Assembly (NCBI GenBank): GCA_049724395.1
Contig: JAUGWO010000115.1
Coordinates: 62,001 to 126,000, forward strand
Reading direction: 5' to 3'
Source of the DNA: Spongospora subterranea f. sp. subterranea
Taxonomy: Eukaryota
DNA length: 64,000 nt
Shown here in pieces: positions 25,303 to 37,943 of this stretch. How positions within the stretch are numbered: the stretch's first letter is position 1; each line of letters starts with the position of its first letter. Made by a program: the position numbers and the translations under genes. Below the pieces are notes generated by a model. The model searched no databases. It was not told where the DNA came from and worked only from the letters and a program-made list of their open reading frames with translations.

Positions 25303-26521
25303 ATGACTTTGGGGTCGGACGACGTGGATGATGACGTCGGGAGCGGATCGTCTCCTGTAAAACGGAATCCTGCTCTCTCTGCCCTTGATAATGTCGCTAA
25401 TAGCCTGGCGCGAATGGCGTCGCCTGAACCAGTCCGTTTGAACCAGGTCCTGGAACAGTGGGTTCACAGCTCTTCCGGTTCTAATCGCTATTTATTTAGC
25501 TCGATCGCCGTCTAGAGCAATATGGTAAACATGAACTTTTGACAAGAACCTTTCTACGTTATATTTTGTTTTTCTGATCGGCATCAATGTTGTGCTAGTT
25601 CTTCTAATCGTCCAATGTTGCGGTTTGATAGCGCTGTGATATCTCCTTTGCAGGTGTGCTGAATGAACTTGAATCGAGCACTGGAATCCGAAAATCGCAT
25701 TGGCTAGTCTTAGCTGCCATATTCGCTATGGCCTTCGTATGTTTCTTTAATTGCGCTTTGCTGCATTGATTAAGCTGTAACTCAACTTTCAGATTTTATT
25801 CGGATTCGGGGCGAATGCTCTCTGGTAATATTTTTAAATGCTTTTCCGAATTCATTGATTGTAATTGCTTTTTCTTTCAGCGAATGGATTGGTTTCATTT
25901 ATCCGGTTTACGCGTCGTTCAAGTGTTTAGAGGACGACTCAATCAACCGTGAAGCAGTTAGCGCATGGCTCATCTATTGGGTGACTTCCCGCATTTTTAC
26001 TTCCGCTTTATGTGTTCATATTATTTGCAGATCGTGTTTGGTGTCAGCCATACATATGAGTTTGTTGCCGATTCCATTTTGTCGAGGTATCGTCATGTTC
26101 AAACAAAAGTGTTCGCGAATGGGTTATTCTTTGCTTTTTTAACTCTGATTCAATTTCAGGTGCATTGTACCAATCTTGGAAATCCTAATAGTGCTTTTTT
26201 TGTTAACATAGGTTTCCGTTTTATTACCCCTTAAAGGTTGTGTTTGTATTGTGGTGTTTGTTGCCTCACTACCGGGGCGCAGCCATCATATATTCGATGT
26301 GGCTGCAACCGGCCCTATGCTGGCTACAACCACGTATTGACATCGCACAATCGGATCTGACCCATGTTGCTCGCAATTCAGTCAATGCAGTCTGCGTTCA
26401 TCTGCGGGCTTCTTTTTCAGCCAGCATGCGTCGATACCCAGCGGTCCGTTACCTGACTTTGTCCATACTGTCTCTTGAGCTGGTTTTCTAGGTCTCAAAG
26501 CTGCTTAAGACTGTGTCCTGA
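25303..26521 (+). CDS. REEP/DP1/Yop1 (TB2/DP1/HVA22 family) ER-shaping protein, multi-exon
   Basis: IGFIYPVYASFKCLE..WLIYW|IVFG..EFVADSILS|RFPFYYPLKVVFVLWCLLP..GAAIIY is the TB2/DP1 signature; GT-AG introns. Confidence 0.92.
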
Positions 26522-26830
26522 TATGGTTCTGTATGTCGAAAGTTTCATCAATAATCTAATATATATATTCTGTTTCAACGCGCATATCGCTGCGGATGAA
26601 GAATCGCGAAGATTACAGTTTGACATAACGGCCCCACAGTACGTTCGTGACATTAGAAAAACGAATGCAGTATCGTCTCCCTGTTGTAATTTGTTGAATA
26701 CCAACAGCAGGATTGTCAAACATAGAATGTAATTCAACACAGTAGGTAAATAACTCGACAATTACTATTGTAAAAACGTCAAACATTATACAGTGTAGTG
26801 ATAAATCAAAACATGGACGATACCGACATG

Positions 26831-28918
26831 TCACACGGCCATTTCCATTTTGATTGCCGGATATGGATCGTACCCCGATAGAACAAAGTCGTCAAACTTG
26901 AAATTGTCAATATCCGTATTCTTCGTATTGATAGTTAGGGTTGGAAACGGGCGCGGTTGACGTTCAATCTGTTGTCGTACTGCGTCAACATGGTTACTGT
27001 AGACATGCGCATCGCCAAGAACATGAACGAATTCGCCTGGTTTCAGGCCGCAGGCATGTGCCACGATGCAAGTCAACAAAGAGTAGCTGGCGATATTGAA
27101 AGGGACGCCCAGACCCATATCACATGATCGCTGGTACATGAGGCACGACAGCTCACCCATGTTTACGAAGAACTGGCAGAACATATGGCACGGCGGGAGG
27201 GCCATTTGCGTCAGATCTGGGACAATAAAAGAATATCCTCAACTCTAACGCTCATAACAAGGATGAATGAACTTACCAGTCGGATTCCAGGCAGACATGA
27301 TGATACGCCGACACGTTGGATCAGTTTTGATGCGCCGGATGACGTCCGCCAATTGGTCGGTTCCCTTGCCGGTATAATCGTCGCGGCTGGTCGAGTATCT
27401 GGCGCCGAAATGGCGCCATTGAAAGCCGTAAACTGGACCCAGATCGCCGACTTTCCCGATGTGGTAAGCCGACACGGTCCAAATACTCACGGGATCCGTT
27501 CCCTTCCCAGATTCGAACTCCTTTTTCGCTCAAAAGATTGCCGTTGGTCGACCCGTTAATAAACCATAGAAGCTCCTCGACGACGCCGCGCCTATAGATA
27601 AATCTACAATGAATGCTTCGAAAGCTCGAACAGAAACATGACGAAATTTGTGATCTTTTTAACACAAAACGGGAAGCAAAGATTGCAGAGGGCGATACCA
27701 GAAAACACGCTTAGTTGTCAACAAAGGAAACTTGTTATCGCGCAGATTGAATCGCATTGTGGCTCCGAATAAGGCGATTGTTCCCGTTCCAGTACGATCC
27801 GACCGAATTGAACCTTCGCTCAGGATCTTCCTTATCAAGTCCAAATATTGCTGTTCGTCGTGAACGGGCGCCAATGATAACATACTTTCCGGACGTCTTA
27901 TGTAAGTTTGAAACTGAAACGATTCACCGCGTTCTTCCATTATGTCAGAAGATTCAATTTCCTGAATTACAGATTAGACCACGTCAAAGTAAACAGGAAT
28001 CGCTTCGAGTTGCAGATAAAAATTCGATGAAGGAAAAAATATGTTTGATTTCATAGATTTCTGGGAAAAAATTCAAAAAAAGCACCATTACCTGAAATGG
28101 CAAATCGTCGATATGCGGAAAAAACTTGTCGTAAGTTGGATGTTCGGGACGCTCTGTCACTTTGGTCAGATGCAGAACAAGGCAATTCGACATCTGAAGC
28201 GCCGCTTGAAACAGCACTTCACCTCCGATCACAAACACGCGTTTGATAAGTGGCTGACTTTGGATCCAGGCCAACGCTGAAACCACGATTCAGAAGATTG
28301 TATATCAAAGGTCTATGAAGCTAACCATGCTCCAGACTTGGCGCTGTCTCGACTTTTTGGTTCATTTTCGTTGGATCGCTAGTCAATCTAGTACACCAAC
28401 GAAATTCAGTTTGAACGGGGTTGAACTTGGTGGAATATGACACAGCTCGGAAATAATAACGGGCTTCTCGTCGAGTTGAACCGGCAGCGGTCAACATGGA
28501 AATGAACAAAAAAAGAATGTAGCTAAAACTAGAATCTCATCCCAAATCCAACCTAATTAGACACCATAATAATTAAAGATTAACATAATTTTGACAGATT
28601 ACAGATTTGAAAGAAAATTAAACATGAAAAAACCTAAATACACGATATTGAGGCGATTGGGGAGTGGTCTATGCTTCTCAGGCAATGATAGCCAAGTATT
28701 GCTCCCCATGATGACAGCATTATGACCATCACCAACTGTTATGCGCTTGAATCGGCGTAGATCGCTGGGGATGTGCCAAGGCAATGATCCGCGCGATCCG
28801 ATCCCCCGAGAAACCGACGAAAACGCGCACACCACTAAAGACAACAGGCGAGATCAGGCGAGAAGATTCTCCAGCCAAGCGAATTCTTGATACCTTCCAG
28901 AGTGAAACTGGGCGTCAT
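26831..28918 (-). CDS. DHFR-TS: Bifunctional dihydrofolate reductase-thymidylate synthase, multi-exon
   Basis: [122 protein letters not shown]. Confidence 0.97.
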
Positions 28919-29214
28919 TGTCAAGTCAACTCGCACAATGTGACCCGTGCAGTCGGACTGCGATAACAGAGGTGGCGGTATCGCCATTCGTGTCTACGCA
29001 GATTTCAATGCAATCTCAGCAGAAATGCTTCCTGGATTTCCAGATCTATCACATAGAAGCTAAGGTGATGGAATGATTTTTATTGTGACCGATTACTATG
29101 TCCGACATAAGAATCCAGGGTATTAGGACCAGGAAAACACGATGATTTAGTGTTGCAATTTGAGGGCAAAGGCGATAGAAAGGGAAAAACATTAAAATAT
29201 ATTAAGATTATGGC

Positions 29215-30325
29215 TCAGATCTCAGAATCGTGTTCGGATGGCGATTCGTAGCCAAAATCAGACTTGTCTGTAATCGCATCATCGGTCAGCACCCCTTGCC
29301 TATCCGTCATTAAGAAAAAGAAAACCGCAAGTTGAGAATAGGCTCTACTTACTCAGTTAGAAAACGCACTAGCTCGAAATGGGTGAACTGATTTCCAATA
29401 TATTCTGACAGAGGGACGAATGTATGGATTTGATTGCCGCCTTGAAAAACTACTATTGCGGGAAGGCCAGCGCTATAGAAGGATTAATGACTGCATGGAA
29501 GTAAAAGGATTCACCAAAAATATATACTTGTCATATTGTGGAAGTGCCTGCGAAATCGGCATTTTAGCGAAGCAAATCCGACCGAAATTTGGGGCGATTG
29601 CGGCCAAGGCCAGGTTTAGATGCACACAAGAAGGAACGTCCTAGAAATATTCAGAAACTTACTCATTCAACAAAGACGCAACGAGTGCATATATACCGGC
29701 TTATAAAGGGAGATTACAATCAGGCTGCGCTTTTCGGCGTTCTCAACAAATACCACCAAGTTCGATGCCTCAAGTTGAACCATAGTCCCATATATCGGCA
29801 AAGAATGCTGCAATTCCGAAAGCCGCCGTCGTCGGATAGCTTCAAGCTCGTCATCTAACTCAATATCATCGGGGTGTCGGTTTGCAGAATTGATAACATC
29901 AGCCACTTGTGGAGCAGGAACAAATTCTATCGGATCTCCAACCGCGCATCTGTCCTAGAAAGACGCCAGCAATTGATAAGACTTTTTTATCAAAGAAAAT
30001 CGAATCCAAGTCGGGAATTGATGAGCAAACATTTGACATAATGAAAAATAAAAATAATTACACGCGGACCCTTACTCACAAGAATCTGCATTAATTGGGC
30101 GTTTTTTTCAATTCGCTCATTGCGCATACGAATTTGAGCGTCGCGATAGTCGGCAAGAACCCCCTTTGGGCCGGTATTGCCGGAGAGCCCGGCTGCCATC
30201 TGCCGCATCAAAGGTGCAGGCAGCGTCCCCTCTGTGGGTTCCTTCGACCCTCTTGGATCATAATCGGGTCGCAATTCTCCATCCTCTTCATAATCGGAAT
30301 TATCTCCGATTTCGTTCGCCGACAT
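29215..30325 (-). CDS. PDCL: Phosducin-like protein (PhLP1 subgroup), multi-exon
   Basis: NTGPKGVLADY motif, LEAIRRRRLSEL..YG, and a thioredoxin-like domain (ISLYKP|DVPSC..LN, LPAIVVFQGG). Confidence 0.88.
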
Positions 30326-31963
30326 CGACAACCTCTTTTTCAAAAATATATGTGACACATGGACGCGCGCGTCCTGCAGTCCTGATCCAGTATATAGAGG
30401 AACGAATAAGAATGTTACAACTGTAGACTGTAGGTATGTACAGTTTTCGGCTGTGCCGATGTGGCGATAAAGTGCTCCTCAGTGGAGGCTGCCGGATCTC
30501 GTTGGACAGAATACTTGACCACACTGACTCCACAATTTTTCCAGTCTTCCGCATCAGTTTTCATATCCGCTTGTGGCTTAATCATTTTCTCGTCCTCACC
30601 GTATCAGTGTTTACCACCTCCCGTTTCTTATTGATATCATCATCTTTATACTTTCACCCAATTTCTCCTACAAAACAACAAACGAAGCAATAAACTTTGA
30701 ATTAACTATTTCTGATGAGATATATTTACCTCAATTTGCGCACGGTTCAAGGGCACTCTGGTTACGGCAGCTACAAACCGAATCGCTTTTAGACTGTTTG
30801 ATGAATCATTTCTGCCAACAACACAAGAAAACAAATTACCACCTTTGATTGGAGAAGATGGCCACCAATCTGATTCGATGCCGATCCAAGTTAATTCTCT
30901 ATGTAAGAGCCCCTAGATTTGTTCGCCCGCAGTTTAAAGCTGTTTTGAACGAAATGGCCCTCCATGACTTGCTTTAAGTCCCGACGCAATTGCCGCCCCA
31001 TTCATGCATCTCAATACGACAAAGTAAATCAGTATAATTTTACTATCATCCGCCATAGTTTTCCTTTAATTTTCAAGGCGGACATTCCTTTTGCTGAGAA
31101 CAATGTTAGAACGCCACTACCTACAAGTTTCCGTTTTCGAAGGACTTAGGTGCGTTTTTACAGAAACCAACCTATTCCTATGATCAGAAAACTTTTGGTT
31201 TTGGCTTCCTCAGGAACAATCAACTCAATACATACTTGTAATCAATGCGATTAGATTCTGGTACGTCTACATCAGATGGAATACTCCCACGATTGAATAC
31301 ATCTTGCTTGGCCACTTGGAAAGTGATCATATCTATGATCAACGACAATTATCCTTTACCGCCGTCTGTCGAAAACTGGTTTTCCTGATTCCCTGAAGTC
31401 CCGATGAGTTTGCCATATCATGAATATGGTAGAGACGTATGGTAACCAGTGCGATGATCCTCGTTCGCCCTGCTGACAATCATGGAAACAAGCTAGAAAA
31501 TACTTGAAAAGGTGTATCACATTTGTATGTGCGTTGAAAATATTCGGCTTGTTGATTAGCAATTCTTATTCAATAACGAGTGATATTTTCCATTGGACAG
31601 AGGATATTTCCGAAAGCTGCGTCATTTGAAAGTCTTCGAATAGTCGGCGAGCCATGCGTTGGCAGAAGAAACATCAAACACAGACCCCTAAAAAATTAAA
31701 CATTTAAGTTCCAGCAATCGGCGCCGCCTTCAGAAGGGCACGTGATCATTTCTTTCTTTTGCACAGTGTTTGGGTATACAAAAAAGATCAATTTTTCTTA
31801 GAGGGTCTAGCGTATGTTTTGTTGTACATCAAAGAGGGAATATAACTATGATCGTCATTGGACATGATTGATGTGATGAATGGGCACTATGAGATTTGTA
31901 CGAAAAACTGAAATGAAAATCATACATTTGACATTGCTGAAGTCGCCTTTAGAGTCGTCGACG

Positions 31964-33154
31964 TCATCTCCTTTTACAATAGAACGGCGGCGAACTGTCG
32001 TGGTCTTTGGCAGTAGAAGCGGTCGCGATACAGAAAAAGCGGTGCCAGTTCCACTGTTTTTTTCGTTGCTTTGGTGGTTGTTCTTGTTTGAGTCGCAATT
32101 TCAAAAGTGTGGTGACGACTTGTTTACGGTATCGAAAGTAACTCCTAAAGTTGAGAAATTCAACGAGCATCAATGATAATCCTCTATCAGCGCATCGCTT
32201 CTCCACCAATTGCAAACCTTGATGATATAAGTTTTCGGCTTTCTTTGACACAAAGTGGAGACTCCGCTTTTCAAGCAAGATATCAAGCATTGAATTCGTA
32301 TAATCTTTCATTTCAGATTCAAGAGCTGAGTCCCAATGAGAATATATGCAGTTGGCACTGTCTAGAAATCGGTTTGCCCATCGGTCGGAAGGTGCATAGG
32401 CCCAGCTCAACACCTTCTCGGTATTGTCATCAATTTGATCATGTAGTGTTGCCGGACAGACTCTATACAAATATGATTTGTAGTTCAGAGCAGCATTGAT
32501 AGCAGCTGTGTCCTTGGTCTCTGGCCAGTTATCGGGATACGAATATAGTCTGGCTAACTTTTGTTCGATTACTATAAATATCTTCCGGCTCAACGGATGG
32601 ATGACTTTCTGCTGGTTTAACGGGGCAATCTTGCAAATAAATCTCTGGATTGTCAGTATGACAAGTCCAACAACTTTATCATCATCATGAGGACCAGATT
32701 TTGGCATAACATCCCAAATGCGTCCTGGAAATAGCGAAAGAAGCTCTTGAGCGAGTTCAAAAGCTTTGAATTCCTGCTCAGGATCATTTGCGATAGTCAA
32801 GTTGCCATCGTCGTCGACTTCTTCCAAATAGTGCTGCAGAAGTAGCACTTTGGTAATCACGACAATTCTCAAGGAATCGTATTTTGCTATCACGTCACGA
32901 TTGTATTGCCAGGACTGCTCTTCTTTCGGGCCGCTGACTATTGTATTGACAGTCCATTTGACCAGATCGTATGATTGCAGAACCCGTCGGTGACAACCGT
33001 TCTCTTCCTGGTCAACGGACGTTGACGTTGAATCCAGCCCAAAATCACCTGTGGCTATGAAAGTGTAAATCTGGGAATTCGAGAAAACAGCCCCTGAGAC
33101 AATATTGATAGACACTGCCAAAACCAAAGTACATATCATTTCAAAGATCGACAT
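31964..33154 (-). CDS. Secreted tandem-module protein, copy 2 (signal peptide + 1 module + C-terminal domain), intact 396 aa
   Basis: MSIFEMICTLVLAVSINIVSGA signal peptide; shares ARLYSYPDNWPETKDT..NYKSYLY.VCPATLHDQIDDNTEKVLSWAYAPS with copies 1 and 3. Confidence 0.88.
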   Translation of the reverse strand: MSIFEMICTLVLAVSINIVSGAVFSNSQIYTFIATGDFGLDSTSTSVDQEENGCHRRVLQSYDLVKWTVNTIVSGPKEEQSWQYNRDVIAKYDSLRIVVITKVLLLQHYLEEVDDDGNLTIANDPEQEFKAFELAQELLSLFPGRIWDVMPKSGPHDDDKVVGLVILTIQRFICKIAPLNQQKVIHPLSRKIFIVIEQKLARLYSYPDNWPETKDTAAINAALNYKSYLYRVCPATLHDQIDDNTEKVLSWAYAPSDRWANRFLDSANCIYSHWDSALESEMKDYTNSMLDILLEKRSLHFVSKKAENLYHQGLQLVEKRCADRGLSLMLVEFLNFRSYFRYRKQVVTTLLKLRLKQEQPPKQRKKQWNWHRFFCIATASTAKDHDSSPPFYCKRR

Positions 33155-33224
33155 CGATGTGTCGTGTCTAAATTAGCCAAATGATGGGTGAGTTTCGACA
33201 GGCCCCTGTGGCCTGTTCCATCCG

Positions 33225-33360
33225 CAGTGGCACAGTCCGTTCGCAAGTACGTTCCCAGTGGCACAGTCCCGTTGACAGTCCGACGCAAGTCCGTTCCCAG
33301 TGGAACAATCCGTTCACAACTGACAACTCATCCACCCAGTGGCACTCCCTTGGCAAGTCC
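33225..33360. promoter_or_regulatory. Cluster of CAGTGG(C/A)AC and CAGTCCG..CGCAAGT motifs upstream of copy 2
   Basis: Four cagtgg(c/a)ac repeats and two cagtccg(tt/a)cgcaagt motifs lie 70-200 bp upstream of the ATG; regulatory role inferred. Confidence 0.4.
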
Positions 33361-33399
33361 GTATGATCAGTGTCCCACAGTTGATCACGTTAAACAACA

Positions 33400-36300
33400 G
33401 CCACCTTACATACACTCGGTTGGCCGGTTCTGAGGGTGGAGCTATCACCATCAAGCGCTTTCGAGACAGAGACCTGTGCCACCTGTGCCGCCGAGCAGCG
33501 AAATCAACCCGATCTCGACAACTTCTACTCCAGACAAAGCGGCCTACTTATCGCTGCTTTCAACAATGCTATGGATGGTCATCATCGACTCTTGACGATG
33601 CACTGCGCCAACCTTGGCCTGGTTTGGGAGCAATTGCGAAATCTGTACGAGAGGAAGGCAACGTCGACCCACAATTCCTAGACGAACTCAAGCTCCCTCA
33701 CAGTTGCTGAAGGGAGTTATCACGAGCTGTCGGTTTACATCCTGGACAATTTGGCCCCATTAACCAAGTATGGACACCCGGATATTGTTAAGTCGACCTG
33801 ATCCAACGTCTCTTCACGTCCCAGGAGATTTTTCTACTGTTCTCCCTTCTTCCTGTCATGGACGATTAACTAGGGAATGTTCAACACTAAACTAAATTAC
33901 TCCTTCTCCCTCCATATTTTAGCAATTAACAGTCGAACGTGTTGCTGTGACAACCAAAGATGTAGGGCATTGTTCCGATGATAACCAATGACAATTACGC
34001 AATATGGTCTTAGAAGTTTCCTCTAGGAGTAAAGGCCATCGGCGTTAGTCACGTCATTGAAGGTGGTGCTGGTGTCGCCGCCAATCTATACGAGAAAATC
34101 CATGCCATTCTGCTTTTAAGTATGGTTGAACACAATTACCCCATCGTGGAAAATTCCACGAGTACAAGGAACGCATGGGCAATTTTGAAGGCAAAATTTG
34201 GCGACAACTCCTCAATTGGGGCGTTGATCGCCATACAACAAGGTGTTGCTTTAGGGTTCCTTAACCGTGTCGGGAGTACATCGCTAAGATTCAAAACGCA
34301 GCTAATAATGTTTCGAGAATTGCATTGGATTTTATCACCATCAACGACAATCTGCATGGTCTGATCATGTTGATGAGTGTTTCTGATGAATATCAACCAT
34401 TAGTCGACCCAATTTATGCAACATCGGAATTGATTACCAGTCTGAATGTTCTATCGAAACTCCAAATCGCTGTTCGTCGACACACTGTTCGGGATAAAGG
34501 AGGACAGTCGGTAGTTGTCGGGACCGCCGCGATCATCCAACAAGGGGTCTGTAATTCCTGCAATACCCCAATGAACAAGTGCTGGAAGAGGACATGTTTT
34601 AACATATTACCGAAATTGAGATAATCTCATGATAAACATAAATATAATCAGGTTTCTGCTTATTCTGCTTTACAATCTTCCTATTTTGAAAACCAGAGTA
34701 GAACATGGCTGATCGACTCAGGTTCCAACCGCCATATTTGTCGTCATGAAGACATGATGATGGGATTACGACGTGATACTTCCTATGTATTCAATTAGCT
34801 GATGATCGTTTTGTTAATGGATCGTCAATCGGAACCAATCATGTCAAACTCGCGGGTGTAAATGGTCAACCAAATGACACCCTTATAGAACCAATCATGA
34901 ACAATAAGAGAGAGGACCTAAATGGTGACAAGTGTCATTGTATTTTCAGTATTTTCCTCGGTAGAAGATGGACCTAAGGGCAAGTCGTTATGCTCTAGAC
35001 AAAAATCGAACAACCTTTATCAACTCCAAGACGTTAATATTAAGGCGCGTTTCGCCTCGTCTCAGCCGAAGATTGACATTGTTAGATGGCGTTTACGGCT
35101 CAAGCACAGGAATTATGAAGTCTTGAAAGGCCTTATAAAGAAAGGAATGATTAATATCACCAATACGAACATCACTGAAGGGGTCTCTAACGGATGCGAA
35201 TTGGGAAAGGTGACCCGAGGGCGATTCCCAAAGCGAAATCAAAGGTGTTTGGCCACTAAAGTGCTGTAAAGAGTATATTCTGACGTCTGCGGCCCATTTC
35301 CGGTGATTGGTTTATACTCAAAGTTCAAGTATAATATCGCTGGGGATCCAGATCTGTTTTACCTCAGGGTTTATCTGCGTTATCAGTGGAGCTCTAGTCA
35401 TTTGGAGAAGTTATCGCCAGAAGACCACTGCAGAATTGTCGCTGGAACTAGAATACATGGCGCTACATGTGGCATCCCGAGAGATGAAATGGGTCAAGCA
35501 ATTCCTCATCGAATTGCAGGTCCTGAACAATAGTGATTCTTCATTATAGACCACAATAAAGGATCTCTCAGAGTGACTACACAATAACACGACAGACATC
35601 AGAACAAACATATCGACGTCATCTTCCAAACCATCAGAGACAGGGTCGACGACGGTCCTATTTCCTTGGAATATTGTCCTATCGAGACATTGGTTGTCGA
35701 TATTCTCACGAAACCGCTCTCGACTCTTAAATCTCTGTGGTTCAGTTCACATCCCGGTATCATCTCGAGGGGGAGTGTTAAGTCGACCTGATTCAACGTC
35801 TCTTCACGTCCTAGCAGATGTTTTCTACTGTTCTCTCATGTTCCTGTAATGGCCGATTAACTAGGGAATATTTGATATATTTACACTAAACTACATCACT
35901 CCTTCTCCTCTCCATATTTTAGAGATATGACACGATTGTTATTGCAACACTGGTCCCTGAAATGGCGGTCTACTCGAGGATGGAGCAAGGAAGAAGAAGG
36001 CGTCTCGGCAAGAGCAACAGTGAATGTCTCGACTGTGTAGAGAAGGACCATTGGCGAAATAATCGCCTGGGCAATAGGCCAAGAAAACTCGGGAGAGACA
36101 GACAAAAGTCTGACGGTTTAGGCCCCAAAAACGTCACGAGGTCCACGTAGCGCTCTGCACGATTTCCACGATCATCAGCGTAAGAGACTCGTGGATCGTC
36201 GACTTAGCGGTCACCAGTTCTATGTTGCTATCGATAAACTTCGACCGCGACGACCGAAGCGAAATCATCATCGGGAATTGGCGATGTCGTCGAGTCATAT

Positions 36301-37300
36301 GGTAAATGGTCAACACAAAGAGGATCGGCAGCTCCTGAACCCTAAGGCAGTTGTCGTGGTCCCCAGTTTAAATGCCAATTTACTGTCCATCGGAGCGCTC
36401 TGCGTTGACAATTCCGTTAATGAAGTCGTATTCATGAAGAATGCGGGTCGGATAATGAAGGGCGGTTGAGTTGATCGCCACAGGAGCTCGACACAAACCG
36501 ACTTGACACACTTATCACGTGATGTTATCAGGCGATGGTCTCGGCAGAAATGTGCCATCAAAGACTGTGTCACACCAGCGATAACACAATCAGCGAGTCG
36601 TGTTCGGGAATGGGGTCACGGCTGGAAACGACCACAACGGGACCCAAACTGGGTTTTATTGCCGGTCCACCACCCAATACACACTTTTGTTGTGATTACA
36701 TTTGTCGGCGTCAATCAATCCTAAGTAAATATCGTTATGGATTGTTATAAATATTGACATATTGTTGTCAATGTCAAACGCCATGATATCGACTGTATTA
36801 GATGTGGTGTCTTAAGACTGTGTGAAATGGAATTCAACACCGGATGAGAATAGCGATGATGAAAGGTGCCAGATTCGGTCGGACACATTGTATCCTTTTC
36901 AATCCATCACCTACTGCAGTTGGCCCTGAACCAATGACACACAATTATATTATTGGACTTCATTTATTTAACTATTGCCGATCGGAAACCTCGCCCGACT
37001 CCCAGCTACAACGTTGGCGAAAAAGGCGAAGGCCTTGTTAGACCCTGTAGACAAAGGGAGAGGATCATTTAGTTTGACCAACTATTGTAAAAGGGTCTAA
37101 CCGTTTAATTGCTAATTTATCACTTGGTCTTATAGTTGGAATTTTGTCGCGAATCAGCCGCGCTTTTGTCGCCAACGTCGTAACTGGGAGTCGGCGACGC
37201 TTCACAATCGGCAAACAGCTTCATAACATCCACCGATTCACTCGATGTTATTTGCAGTTGCTTTTGAACACTATGAAGATGTGAAAAAAGGGAAAACCAA
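33400..37300 (+). mobile_element. Old degenerate Copia retrotransposon, split by a nested younger Copia
   Basis: Gag-like LVWEQLRNLYERK before 33786. After 35928: knuckle CLDCVEKDHW, protease WIVD, VVVPSLNANLLSIGAL and pre-integrase CHQRLCH. Ends not defined. Confidence 0.6.
33786..35923 (+). mobile_element. Internally deleted Ty1/Copia LTR retrotransposon (~2.1 kb)
   Basis: LTRs at 33786-33924 and 35776-35923 (TGTTAAGTCGACC..); PPT gagggggag; TSD GATAT at 33781-33785 and 35924-35928. Contains gag (NAWAILKAKF), protease WLIDSGSNRHIC, pre-integrase/integrase start (CELGKVTRGRFPK, YSDVCGP) and RNase H end (ELEYMAL, DILTKPL); RT missing. Confidence 0.9.
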
Positions 37301-37943
37301 TTCTCCTGAAGGTGCCGTCGTTCCTGCCATGGAAATTCTTGTGATCATTCATAGCGAGATTGGACACGACCTCGTCGAAAGAGAGCGATAACCTGAACAT
37401 TTGAAGTATTTGCTAAACTCGGACGTTCACAAGTTGAAATTCGTCCTCGAACAGAACTGTTTGGTGACGTGAGAGAGCAATCTCGCGAAGAAGATCTGCT
37501 GTTCGCCCTCCTGAGGCAATATGGTTCACCCTTTCAATCACAGTTCGTTTCTTCATAAATTGATGAGGGACACACTTCTAATCGTCGATAATAATCGTTC
37601 CTTCATTTCTATCCCAAATTGTTCACGGCGATATTACTGTATTCCGTTTTCGGAACTGTAAAATCACATGATAATACCCGTTCTAGTTAATCGTGAAGTC
37701 GAAATGATGACTAAAGCGAACAAGATCGTGATCATTTCCTTGACCTGCACATTGTGTGTGGGTTTACCGAAAAGACCAAGACACTCTCAGAGACTTTAAG
37801 TACGTTATTATGTTCATCAATTAGGGAATATAACTGTGATCGTAAATTAAAGATAATTCAAAAAACAGTAAAATTTGGACGCGATCGATGGGTTGTTATG
37901 AAAATTGTAAGAACAACAGAATGAAAACCATAGTCTGACTTTG

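Noticed and set aside
26831..28918. DHFR-TS fusion as a novelty
   Set aside because: It is the standard arrangement in plants and many protists; only useful as a lineage clue.
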